Origin: Psammoneis japonica
Lineage: Eukaryota
NCBI GenBank assembly: GCA_008632985.1
Contig: QPGO01000039.1
Span: forward strand, 1 to 64,000
Length of the DNA stretch: 64,000 bases
Reading direction: 5' to 3'
Numbering within the stretch: the stretch's first letter is position 1; each line of letters begins with the position of its first letter. Shown one piece after another: positions 12,961-25,973 of the stretch. The notes under the pieces are model-generated. The model saw only the letters and a list, made by a program, of their open reading frames with translations. It searched no databases and was not told the DNA's origin. The position numbers were made by a program, and so were the translations under genes.

Positions 12961-13583
12961 AAGCAACAGGGCTTGTCTCCCTTCCACTGTCCCTGCCATG
13001 CTTGCTGCCATGGTTTTAGAGGCTGTCATGGTCATCCCTCGCTGCTTGCACTTGCTCAACTCTCTTCTTCTTGGTCTGTCTCATGCTCATCTGGCCCTGA
13101 GTTCAAGTCAGTTGCGAAGTCCATCATTGACCACTCCCCAGCATTTGGAATGAACAAAATGCTCAAACACTGACAAATTGCATGCGTGCACAAAATTCAC
13201 ACATGCAGACCTCGGCAACAGTGTCTGAGCTCTTTCTCCCTCCCAGATTTTCAATGTGCTTTTAGTTCATTCAAGCTGGCTCAAAATGTTTTTTGCAAAT
13301 GTGTCAAAACATCAACAAGCATTGAACTCAACAAGAAGGTGGCACATTTCTCCCACCATTTGCAGCTGCCCTTTGACCTTGGCTGCTCTGTCACACCAGC
13401 TGCCTTCATGCCTGGGCTTGCCAAGTTGCGAAGGCTCAAGAAAGGACCAAACACATGTGGAGTGAGTGACTCAAAGAATTGATCTGTTGTTTTTGGGTCT
13501 CAAAGAACATCCAAAGGTGCGCTGCAGATGTGCAGGCCAGCTTCCTTGTGTGTCAAGCTTGTTTTGGCCTCGAACAAAAACCA

Positions 13584-14700
13584 TCACATTGTTTTTGATG
13601 ACTTCAGCCCATGGTCAGGTTCTTGCTCAATCATTCTCAAGTCCACCACAATGTTTGGATGAGTTGACTCTGCGGTTTTGACAACCAGGAGCTCACCAAC
13701 GGAATTGTTTGCATTGGGGGGCACAGATGGCCTGGCAAGAAAGACAGCGGTTGCCTCTTTGGTGCTGCTGGTGCAACAGGAACAGCAACGGTTGTCATGG
13801 AAATGCTGTGCACACCATGGCTGCAGGCTGCACCTTGTGAAATTTGTGAAGTCTTGAATGGGAGCAACAAACATGGCAACACAAAAGAAACTGCATGGGT
13901 GATGGAGCCAGCTTCAATCAAGACAATGACAACCAGGATGGGCCAAGACAAGCAAAAGCATGTGAGATGCCAAAATCCATGCCAAAACACCTGACAGTGC
14001 ATCTTTTGCACATTGGACATCATTGAACGTGGCTCAGTTGCTCGTTGTTGATGCACCTTGACGCAAATGTGTGAGCTGCAAATGACTGTCACAAACAAAA
14101 TCACAGTGCAAATGGGAGTCATGAGGTGCATTGTTGGATGCCTGGAATCTTTGGGAGCACAACACACAACAACATCTGCACCATGTTTTGTGGTGCCAGC
14201 CAGCACCAAACCCAAGCTGAGTGCAAGCGGCAGCCCAAAGAAGAAGACCCAGCCCAAGTGAACAATCCAGCCCTCTTTCCAGACACAGGGTGTGATGAGG
14301 TTGCAGCAGATTGCAAGAGACAGGCTCAAGAGTGGACGAGACATGAAGCCAAGTTGAGTGAAGAGCCCAGCGCTGTGCAAGTGGTGTTGTTGCCCCAAGC
14401 ACCACACACACCATTGTCTGCTGGTGCTGGCAAAGTTGTCAAAGACCAAGCCACGGAGGCCAAGCCGCCATCACAGCTCATGGTCAAAAGTGGGCAGCAT
14501 TGTGTTGTCCATCCACTCTTAGATTTTTGGCAGATGCTGGCAATGACACACAGCAAGCCCCAGCACTGAAACAAATGGAAAGCTTTGAGTTCAAAATGCA
14601 AGTGGAAAATTGTTCATCTCAAAGGCAAGCACATAAACCACAGCACTGGACCAGAACAACAACAGAGACAGACTTGCAAAAAATGACATTGCCGCTGACC
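13584..14700 (-). pseudogene. Eroded duplicate of the GPCR-like gene (7TM exon + intron; ectodomain deleted)
   Basis: Colinear with 6835-7930, with frameshifts and donor GTAAGT->GCAAGT. Flanking homology extends over about 13300-15185 versus about 6480-9130. Confidence 0.92.
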
Positions 14701-16159
14701 AAAAATGCATGAAATGGGTTCCAAGTCATGCAAGAGATGCTTGAGCTTGGCTCACTCATGTGGCTTCACTGCATTTGTGCTGTCCATCAGAAGTGCTGTT
14801 GGGCAAGACCTCTTCCCCATTGGTCATGAGCGCGAGTCATGAGTTCCAGGCTCCAGCCTCAAGCAACAACTGACATCATGTTGGGGGATGCTGGTGAGTC
14901 ATTCTCTGGCTGCAGGAGCCAGCCACACAATGACAAGATCTCCAGGTTTCAGATTGAGCGGTGTGGTTTCAAATCATCTCACCCACATCAATTTGTGCTG
15001 GAGCATCTGCAAGAAGCTTGTGAAAAGCCAAGACAAACTTGTCAAGCAAAGTTTTTTGGCGCATCACTTGCCCTTTTTTTTTGCACTGCCGCTGATGCCA
15101 GAGTGAAGTCTGCCCCCAGCACAAGAGCTGGATGGAAGCTGTGGCAAGAAAAGCACCCTCAGCATGTGTGCTTTCTGCAAAGTGGTGGAACATGAGCGCC
15201 GGCGCTCTGCACTCCCTGGCGACTGCATGTGGTGCTGCTCCTCCTGGAAAAACTGAAAGAGCAGAGCTTGCACATCACAGGGGGGTGCCCATCCAAACAA
15301 AGCTGCTGAGCATTGGCAAGACAGGCTCCTTGCAGCTGGAGCTCTGCCCAGCATTCATTTTCTTCAAAGGGGGCAGCGCCAGACTTCAAACTCAGTGGCA
15401 GCAGCAAGTGGTGTGCGATGCAAGGCTGGTGTGGCTTCTTTTTTGAAGAGAGAAAGAGGAAAAGAGGTTTTAGTCATGGCGGCCATTGGGGGTCACTGGG
15501 CTGGTGTGATCATGCCACGCAGACTCTGTGTGGCACGCAGCATGCAGCACACAGCACGCACCCTGTGGCCAAAACACACAACCACCAACCACCCACATGC
15601 ACTTTCTCGCACCTGGCAGCCATGGCACTCCTCTCCCAAAGAAGATCTCAAAATGTGTTGTTGTCGACAAAAACGCGCATGTCCCTGCGGCCGACGCCTG
15701 ACCACACACTTGTGATCGCACCGGCACCACTAATTCGTCGTAAAGGAACAGTGACAAACCCTTCTTGCATGCAAACATCATCTGCGTGAGCCATCCCCTT
15801 GACAAGCTCGTCTCACACAATCAAATGCTGTACAGGTGCCGTAGATGGAAACTTTATGTCGTAAAAAATCATTTAACAAAAGGGCAATGGTCAGGGAAAC
15901 CGAATGACTTATTGTGTTCCTGATCGCAATTAGTTCAATAAATTATTTATTTTTAAAGTATATATGTAGATTGAAAATGACTTATAGGATTTAGTTAAAG
16001 GCCCAGTCATTCTGAGATCACTTCCGCTGTCAAGACAAGCTCATTTATCGCCCCCCCCGGAGGATCGCGTCAAGCTGTGTCTGTGTCTCTCGTCTCTCAA
16101 CTCTCAACCTGTTCAAAAGGAAGGGACAACAAAAAACAACTGCTCTATTGTAAACCACC

Positions 16160-17571
16160 ATGTTGGGAAAAGGAAGGAAATGGGATTCAGTGTTGATCCT
16201 CCTCACGGCCACTGTGACTGTTTCTTTGTTTCAAATTTATGCTGGTACCTTGTCGTGTCTCAAACCAACACTAAGAGCTCCTCATGATGAGATCACTTCC
16301 ACTGCACACTCAACCCCGTCTCAGTTTGCGTATTGCTTCGTGATTGGTGGCGTCAATCTCGACAAGCCACTCAACTACAAGGGATACATTTACAACATCT
16401 TGGTTGCTTCAAAACTCTTCCACAAGTTTGGCTCTCAAGCCGACATTATTGCATACTTTCAGCTCAGTCCCTTTCAAACCAACAAGACTGCAACGGTTCT
16501 TCCGGACGCAGATGTACAGGCATTAGAAGCATTGAACGTACAGATTCGATACCTCGAACCCTCCAAAACAGAATCCTTTTATGAAACTCAGATGAACAAG
16601 TTTGAAATTCTCAAACTCGTAGAGTACAAGCGAGTGATTTTCATGGACGGCGATGTCATTCCAGTAACCAATCTCGATTTTTTGTTTCAATTGTCGGTTC
16701 GAGGATGGCTCAAGCCTAATCTTATCGTTGCCGATTTTGGGGGTCCCGCCAATGGAGGGTTTTTTATGCTTGCTCCCAAACACGGAGACTATGAGGAGAT
16801 TCAGAGAATTATTCAAGAGCGCGAAAGCAAGCCATGGAACGCGACTGAGGGGTTCGGTCATGTTATAGCTCGTCCCGACAAGTGGAAGTGTCGAGAGAAG
16901 GGAGGAAGAAAGTGGGACTTTTATGGTGGTGAATCAGATCAAGGTCTTTGTAAGTCCCTTGGAGCACTACTGCTTCTCTGTTGTACGTCAACCAAGAATT
17001 TTTGTGAATTGCTCACGATGTTTATCGCTTGACACAAGTGTATCATTGGACAAAATACACGAAGAAACAAGTAAGTATTGTGTTGGGCGATCGAGTTGAA
17101 AACTGGGGCACAGGAAACGGCACTGTCGCGAAGCTGCAACACAGCCTGTCCTATCCATTTGTCCTCGTTCAACCACCCAAAATTTCTGGAGATTGTTGGA
17201 AATTCATGTGTGAATTTAAACACTTCACTGGCCCTGACAAGCCGTGGATGAAGGCACCGCCTCATGCCAAGGCGCACTTACAGGATGATAGTGTTGAAAA
17301 CCTGTGGTGGCGCACGTTGCGAAACGTCAATCGCAAATTGAATCTTGGATTGGATTTTGAAAACTGGCAGTTGGCGGGGCAGTGGCCGAGTAAGTATAGG
17401 TGTTTTGCAGTCTGTTTGTTTTGGATTATTTCAAGAAGGAGTGTTTATGTTGTACTGACTCTTGTTGCAATTTCTGGGTTTGCAGCACTCGGACTGTACG
17501 CCACAGAGAACGACATTGTGAGAATGGTGGCGACGCGACAAGAAGCGTCCAGAAAAAATAAAAATGAGTAG
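16160..17571 (+). CDS. GT8-like (GT-A fold) glycosyltransferase, type II membrane, 3 exons
   Basis: N-terminal TM, KFEILKLVEYKRVIFMDGD (DxD), ANGGFFML, DQGLL.HW, HFTG.DKPW. Introns 16950-17038 and 17390-17485 (GT...AG) give a continuous frame. Confidence 0.85.
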
Positions 17572-18170
17572 TTATTTGTTCGCTGTCAGAGAAAATACTT
17601 GACAGAAACAGGTTACAGCTTTTTTTGCTTGATCGATGTCATGTGTTACCTGTACTGTCCAAAATTACACCTCTAACTTGTTGATGGAAGAAACTGCTGA
17701 ATGCTTTCAAGCATCCTGGTGACTCGACCTTGGTGTCTTTGTCTTTTGTACGTCATCTTCATCCGGAATAGCAAAGCACGCAGATCGATTTAGTCGAAAG
17801 CACAATACGTCCAACTCATTGTCAAAGTCGCCTTGGTTGATGCGTTTGCAAGAAATCTAAATTCTTGTCCTTGTACGGTGCCACTCACTCGATCGTCTTG
17901 AAAGGATGCTCTGGTAGGAAGGGGGAAACCTACGGTAGCGACATCTACCGTATGACCTGATATCCATCTAGACAAATCGAATGGAAGCGGCATATGCGAA
18001 GTCCTACGTATCGACAAGGTGGCATATCCAAGCGAAACGATGAGCCTTGGACATGAGATGGCACTACTACTAATCGATGTAGCATTGCGTTGTTAGTGGT
18101 GTTTGACAAAACCAACAACTCACTAAACATTATTTAATACTAACGTCCGCGCGATATCCCTTTATTCCGA

Positions 18171-21100
18171 TTAAACAAACGCACGGTACGGTCCACTTTC
18201 CTCCTCTTCGACTAAGGCGTTGGCGAATACAACCGTACCTTCGTGAAGAACACCTGAAACCTTGCATGGACGAAGCATGATTTTATCATAGACAACCATA
18301 TGGCCATTGATTATAGCTGAATCCATGATTGTTTCATCCCCGAATGTAACATAGGGAAAGTCGTAAACGCGATATCCAAAAAGTAGTGCCCGACCCTCGA
18401 ATTTCGCACCCAGAAACCGAACAACCCAATTGAAAAACGGAGTTCCCCAGAGCAAAGGCAAGAAAGACAAAGCCTGGAGTGCGGCAGTAGTACTCAAGCA
18501 AACCCCAAAGAGCGGCACACTCCAGGGCCCAGTTCTGTTGGTGGGTATCAAGTACGTTAGTCCCTGAAGCATCCGTAAATAAAAAACCCATAAGGCAGTT
18601 TGAACCGCAAACAGAAGCGCAAGCACTGGGATGGCAGTGGCCGACGACGGATTGAAAACTGACACCCACAGCTCATATGTTGGAATGAAGCTTGCAAAAA
18701 GTAGCACAAGCTGCAAAGCATATAGCCCGGCCACAACAGCTTCATCTTGAAGAACAGAGCAACGCGATGGCAACTTCAATGACTGATACAGGTGATCTCT
18801 AACAACGTTTCTTTTCACATGAGTGTGGGGCTCAATGACCGTTCTTGAAATAGAAACTCCGGGCTCAAAATGCACAAATGCGCCAACACTGCTCTCCTTC
18901 ACTTCACTTTGATGATAGCATCCGTCCTTCTTCGAACCAAATGCAGCGTTAGACATAAACGAACGTTTCACGCTTATCAGGTCAAGTTTCGACGGAGAGA
19001 ATTTGAACACGTAAAACTTCGAAAACACATCAATGTCCATCCCAAGCAGTTTGAAAAAGCAGTTCCAGATCCTCGAGTTGAGCGAAACTACAGATAGCGT
19101 AAAGATGCTAACTCGAAAGCGATAGTCGACGATCCAATCAGCGCCTGTGCGCAGAGTGCTCGTTTTCTGTCCTGCTTTTCGTCGGCCAATCAGCATCCAT
19201 TTCAGAGGAACGACCAAAGCCAACGAAAAGACCGAGTATAACAGAATAAGCAAAAACCAAAAGCTGAGACTGGCATAGCGCCAACTTGATTGAATGAGGA
19301 AATCCAGACACATTCGTCCGACAAAAAACAGTCCGGCGAATAAATAAAGTTCTACCAATAGCCAGCCCACTTTGATGATAGCGAGAGTTCCCCTGCCGCT
19401 AACTTGGGGCTGTGACGTATGGCCCGCATTGAATCCAGGGTTTCCCCTCACAACAGTGTTGTCACTTATTTGGGCTCCCTCAGGCACTACACACGAGTGC
19501 TCAACGTGCACGCCTGTTCCTACCCGGACTCCGGGACACAGCATTCCCTCGATATTGCTTTGCTTTCCAATGGAAATAGACCTGAATCGAAGCGTGGGTC
19601 CCGTGTCATCCTCCCAGGGCCCGAATCGCCGACATCGAATATCGTGATCAACGGAGACATCTTCCATAATTGCTACAAGATCAAACTCCCTCACGAAGGC
19701 ATTCAATTGCACAGAAGGGTGGATCTTGGCTCCCATGAACCAGTAGAACAACCACAAAAGTGGCGTTTCACGGACAAATTGCCCAATCCACGTCTCCCAA
19801 GTATGAACGGCTCTGTCGACCAACCACCATCTAACATACGTTATCGTGTGGTGTCTTATTTCTTCCTCACGATATCGACCAATCACTACCCATTTGGCAA
19901 CGATAACCGACAACGAAAAACTTAGCATCCAGGTAGGAATCACCAAGGGCAACCATACCCATCTAGCCTCGTTCCCGCCTGCATACTCAAAGATGAACAC
20001 AAAGCTGCTGCTTCGAGATAGAAGCTGGCCCATAAGATACGCGTGAACGGCGGATACGGCAAGAAGAAGTAGCAGCAGTGCCACACCCATTGCCTGCAAC
20101 AGCCCCAATGTAAAAGATGACACAACGAGAGAAGAACGCTGTTTCAGGCCCGAAAGTTTTGTTGGTAGAGGCGTGCCGCAATTTTCCGATATAAATGTTC
20201 TGAGTTCAGCAGGCGTCGGATAGAGCTCGAAACAATTTGGCGGGAGATCGACCGCAAGCTTATCCATTATGGATTGCTTTATTTGGACGGCAACCATGGA
20301 AGACAAACCCATTTCCTCCCACGTTTGCCCTGGTCCAAATGTATCTCCAAAGTAGCTCCTGATAATGTCATAGAGGGCTATGGGTATTGGATCCGTCGGC
20401 TGATTTGCAGTTTCCTTAACCGCAATTGCTCTCGTGTCCTTACTCTTGCTGGGACCTTGATATACGCAAAGGATGAATAAAGTACCATCATGGAGTTTTT
20501 CTCTCGTGGTACGCCTTCGGATCTTACCACTTGTCGTTTTCGGTATTGTCCTTTCCGCAATTGCTACAACATTTGATGGAATCAATCCTACCGCCTGAAC
20601 CACGGTCGAATGTACCAGCTTGCAAATTTCCAGTGCCATGTCAGCGCTTTTTTCCCTAATCTCAAAGACAATTTCTAATGTCCCATCTCCATCAGTGTCG
20701 TTGGAAGAAAAGGCCGCGACACAACCACCCCGGATGGCAGCCGATGATGTGTCCTGAACCACGTATTCAATATCTTGTGGGTAGTAGTTAACTCCTCCAA
20801 CAATAATCAAGTCTTTCATGCGGCCACAAATGAATAAGTAGTCATCTTGAAAGAAGGCAAGGTCTCCCGTACGAAGATAATCTGCATTGGAGTCGTCTTC
20901 AGCGATCCTTCCTTGGAAAGTCTCTCGTGACTTTTCTTCTTTGCCGAAATAGAAATTCCTTGTTGATGGTCCAGCTAGCCAAATCTCTCCTGTCTCTTCA
21001 TCGGTACATTCCGTACATGTCATGGGATCAACGATCTTGATGGTAAGAGAATGATGCATGTCCTTCCTCCAACCACTTGCTACCAAAGGTTGCTCCCCTG

Positions 21101-22917
21101 GAGTCCGTGGGGTCGACAGATGATACCCATGATAGGAGCAAACACCGACCACAGTTTCTGCGAGACCGTAAGCCGCAAGAAAGTACTCTTTGCGAAGTTT
21201 ATGCTCGGAAAGAGCCTCCAAGAAGAGGTCTCTTGTATCAGGCCGAACAGGTTCTGCGGCATTCGTCAGTCCGTGAATGCAAGATAGATCAAGATCTTGA
21301 ATCATGCGTCTTTGGCTTCTGCTTCCTTGCTTGGCTTCCATGTATTTGCGAGCCACCAGGCGATACGCAAAGTCAGGAGCCATGGCACCATGAGCACGGG
21401 TCTTTGATATCAACTGGAGCCAAAGCAAAGGTTTCTCTAAGAACGCAAGGGGCGACATCATGTGCTCGCGCCATCCTTTTACAAACGGCACCACATATGC
21501 ACAAACAAGCCCAGCGTCATGATACTGCGGCAGCCACGAGCATCCAATAAGATCTTCTGGATCTTTACCATCTGCTATAACCTTGCGGGTAATGTCGTCA
21601 CAAATTAGGATGATATTTGCAGATAGAGACGCAAATGATATAGCAACTCCTTTCGGTTCTCCTGTGCTCCCAGACGTGTACTGAAGGAAGGCACTTTTTT
21701 TTTCAGCCAATGGTTCCCGGGCAACATAAACGTTGTCAGCGACTGCCTATCGAGAGACGGCAACTTATCGGACGAAACACTTACCAATCCTCGGGTAGTA
21801 ACGTGGTCTCTTGGAACACTTTGTTCTCTCGCCATCCCATCAGGGCTCCTGCCAGTCTCTTGATTGTACCTCGTTTCCTCAAAAGTTTGTCGGTGATTTT
21901 GAACGGGACTGTTGAACACCAAAGATGTTTGCTCTTTGACTTTGGGTTAAGGCAATCAGCCGTTTTCAGCATGTTAATGGTCGAATCAGTTAGGATCAAA
22001 GCTGGATTGCAATCTTGAATGACGTTGTTGAGCTTTGTCAATGACTTGACGAGAGGAAGGCCTGGAGGATACACAAGAACTGCCGTCACACCAGCCCTTA
22101 AGCATCCTAGAAAGCAGGCGAAAAAATGAAGGCCAAAAAAGTAGCAGAGGATAACTCGATCACCTTTCTGAAGTCCCCATTCAGCTCGCAAGTGGTAAGC
22201 AATAACACCGGCGTCATGCCATAATTCGCCATAGGTGTAACTCTCTGTTTCATTGCCGTTCTTATCGTACCAAGAAGCATACACCTTGTCTTTCTTCCTC
22301 TTGAGAGTATCATTCACTAGTTCAAAGAATGGAATGTGTGTCCCTTCTTCGGTGGAGAACAAAGGGCCATTGTCTGTTGCTGAATCATCAGCAACTATCT
22401 CCTTTTGGGGAAACATGGAAGTTCCCCTCTTCTCACTTTGATCCCAACCATCTGATTCCTCCATTTTCTCGGGTTTCTCCTCGACTGCTTCCGCTGACGT
22501 TTCATCAGGTACAGCAGCTGATACGTCATTTACGGTCTGCTCTTCAAGGGCAACCAAGATAGTACCCTTTGCCTTTCGGACTTTCAAGGCACTAACGTCG
22601 GTTTCTTCCGTGACGACATGAGCTTCGCAGGCGACACAAAACGGAATATCCACCATTGGGGTTGCCGGTTTATCAAAGGATTCACCACCAGCTGACAAGT
22701 TGGATGTACTGGGTCCAGTCAAATCATTATCATTAGAATCGGTGCGTTTCACAAGAGACGTCGAACACGAAGGACAAACGGCAGTGTCGAGCATAACATA
22801 GCTCTCTGCCAGTTTCTCGTCAATCAACTGCTGAATAGCCTTCTTTCCCATGGGACCATCGTCACTTTCCTCCGATGACACCCGAGACAACGGCGGTGAA
22901 CTCGACACTTCCGCCAT
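18171..22917 (-). CDS. NRPS-like enzyme: N-terminal Zn ribbon + fatty acyl-AMP ligase-type A domain + carrier domain + Pls/PosA-type TM/hexapeptide C-terminal region
   Basis: Intron 21694-21784 joins PED to CAFLQYTSGSTGEPKG. A-domain motifs SWLPQYHDAGL, AYGLAE, YLRTGDLAF, GRMKDLII, PKTTSGKIRR. Carrier Ser in MGLSSM. Repeated TM + (M/L)GAK(I/F) beta-helix units. Confidence 0.88.
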
Positions 22918-23630
22918 GCTCTAAAAACACACTGTTGCAGCCAGAGAAGTGAGAAGGTGTGAAAAATGAAAAATGCATGATGTTAGCATGATATGACCAC
23001 CGTTATGCAATTTGAAACATGTTCTGCTGGTCGTGGATAGGGATGTTAGGAAAATATAAATTACCAAATACATATATACACCGAAACAGCTATTCACCAT
23101 GAAAAGTCGATAAACGATGGTTGATGTATGTAACAGTCAACTTCTGATAACATACGAAAATACACAAAACGGTTATTTGTTATTTGGTACAATTTTACGC
23201 ACATATATTATGTACGTAGAAAGAGTACCAACATTTATGTACATCATGGTCTATCATCTGTCAACACGCAAAGCCCGCCATAGACGCACGAAAATGCATT
23301 TTATGGTGATTTGCTCATTGCAACAGATGTTTGCATTGTAAATGTTACACACATGTCTGACTCTCGAATAAACAAGAACAAAGGGAAACAAAAACAGCCA
23401 TGGCTTTCAGCGGCCATGATGGTCCCCTCTTTTCAACCCTGTGGACAATTGAGGGGCATCATGAGGACCGCAGCATTCGACAGCTCCCCCACAGTCGACG
23501 ACCTGTGAGCCGCCCATGATGAAAAACAATTGCTGCAGTCTGTGGTGCACTTTTAAACTTCACCACATGGACTGCAGCTTTCAGAAGCAACAATTGCCCC
23601 ATTTTGTTCCCAATTTGATGCTGAGGACCA

Positions 23631-23883
23631 GGCCTGTTCCAGCCCCAGGTGATGAGCAATCCATCGCTCAAGAGGCCGATTTTCTGTGCAGTTTGGCAAA
23701 TTGAACTCCTTCAAATTTGATTGTTTCGAAAATCGAATGGTGAGTGCACACAAAAAAACATGAGTTTTGTGTGCACTCACCCTTCAACTTGGGAAAAACC
23801 TGAGTTCATTGCACCAAATGCAAAAATGGGCCAGCAGTGATGGGAGTCAAACCTGTCCGCATCACCTGGAGCTGGAACAGGCC
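23631..23883. mobile_element. MITE (253 bp), 24-bp TIRs, 4-bp TSD ACCA
   Basis: ggcctgttccagccccaggtgatg ... catcacctggagctggaacaggcc. ACCA at 23627-23630 and 23884-23887. Confidence 0.85.
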
Positions 23884-25973
23884 ACCATTTCTTTTCCTTT
23901 GTTGCACAAATCATTTCCCAGTTGTCAACCAGCACAAAACTGACAGTCATTGACATCAAGAAAGCAGCAGGAAAGGGTCCAAAGTGAGCGCCATTGTGGT
24001 GCTGATGTTTTTCTTGACTGGACTTCATCCGTTGCACACTTTGAGCCAAACAATGTTTGTGTGTGTTCCATGATGGTGCATTGGTGTGGTGAACATAAAT
24101 TGCTTGAGGAAAAATTGAGCTCTCATTCTGTGGCACCATTTGGCAACAACAGACCCAATGAATCTTCAGAAACGAGATGATGTGGGCACACACACATGAG
24201 ACCTCTTTGCATGTTTTCAGGTGGCGCGCTTCATGCAAAAATGATCTTTTTTTTGTGCGTGTGTGCACCCAAGTCTGGAGCAAGTCTAAAATGCCAAATC
24301 TAAAATTTGAAGTGCCATCACTCCTTTGCCAGCCAGGCTCACACTGCCTGACCCACATTTCCATGCACAGAAAAGTGTGGCAGAAGTTGAGGGGAAAAAT
24401 TCCAGGAGACTGGACACTGGGCCCTTTGCAAGCAAGGAGGGTCAACCCGGATTTCAAGTGTGTTGTGCCACCCGCCCACAGCATGTGCAGCAGAGCGGGC
24501 ACATGTCCAAGGATGGATCAAAAAGCAGAGTTCTGTTTTTGTGCAGGCTCGCCATTTTTGGAAAAAAGGATGCATTGCTCAAAATCATGCACACGTTTGC
24601 CAATTTAAAGATTTCAGCAACAGGCCCAACTTTGTCCACTCACAAGACATTGCAGAGTGTGGAGACTTTCACATGCACACATCTGCAGCAAAACAAGCAC
24701 CAACGGTTGTTGGCATTTCCTGGAAAGTTGTGGTGTCCACCACAAGCAGTGTGATTTTGGTGAGAACGATGATGGTCATTTGAGCTTGACAACAACTGCA
24801 CCAAATCTGACAATTGGTGCAACAAGTGTTTTGGGGGTGTGCTCAGAGGCACCACAAAACAACATGGGCCAAGTGCAAGAAAACAGCTGCAAAACCATGA
24901 GCTGTTTGGGAAAACACCTCTGCACCCAACCTCTCAGCACCACATGCTTCTCACCTGGGATAAAAACACATCAAAAATGCCCAAACAAATCTTGTTTTTC
25001 TCCTGAAACAAGCACATTCATTGTTGTCATTGATGACACAGACTGCACAAAATGCTGCAGTCTTCATTGTGTCATCAAATTTTCCATGAGGTTGAAAAAA
25101 GTGGGCCGTCATGGTCCCTGAAAGCCATGGCCATCATGGCTGTTTTGCTTGGTTTGAATTCCATCTGCAAGTTTTGCTTGCAAGAAGCCATTGATGTGGT
25201 CATTTCAATGAAATGTCTCAGATGTTTGACGCGTGATGAAAAAAATGGTTTTGAGCAAAAAGGGGCATGCGCGCACCACCCAAGTCTGGAACAAATCACA
25301 TGAAAGCCTTTTGTTTGTCTTTTCTCTGCTGACTCCCAAGAATGCAAAACATCTCTTGGCTTGCACAGGCACGTTTTTGGATTGGGTTGCCACTTTGCTC
25401 ACATTGCCCGGCGCTTCTTGGTGCGAGCTCATCCCTGGTCATTTTTCTGGTTTGATCAATGTGCGAGCTGCTTTGTTTTGAATGAAAGAAGAAAAGCATG
25501 GCTCTTCCTGAGATGTGCTCCAGTGCCAGGTAAAATGTGAGCAGGCAATTTTCCCACTTTTCTGGAGAGCAACAGAGGAGTCATTTGAAAATGTCGCAAG
25601 AGTCACAACCAACATTTTGCACAAGAAAAATGTCAAATCATGCAGAAATGCACACAAAGTGTTGCAAGAGGGTGGTTGGAGCTGCTGACTTTGCGGGAAC
25701 TCAGTTAAAATGTTGTCTGATCAAAGGCATTTTGACTTGCATGGCAAAGAGAAACACCTTTTCTGACCAGACAATGTTTCAACAAAATTTCCCAAGAACT
25801 TGACAACTTGAGTGCAGATGGGTTGACAGACTGATGACAATTGTTTCTGGTGCTCTTTTGCACAATTTCTTCACAATGACTCTGAGAGCTGCGATGACTC
25901 CTGTTGTTGTCAACAACTTGTCTTTTGTGTTGCTCAGCTCAAATGCACAGCACCCATGATGTTTGCAATTTTC

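Noticed and set aside
13584..14700. Classical fungal RIP as the cause of decay
   Set aside because: RIP turns CpA into TpA and hits both copies; here TpA is removed, CpA/TpG accumulate and the partner gene is spared.
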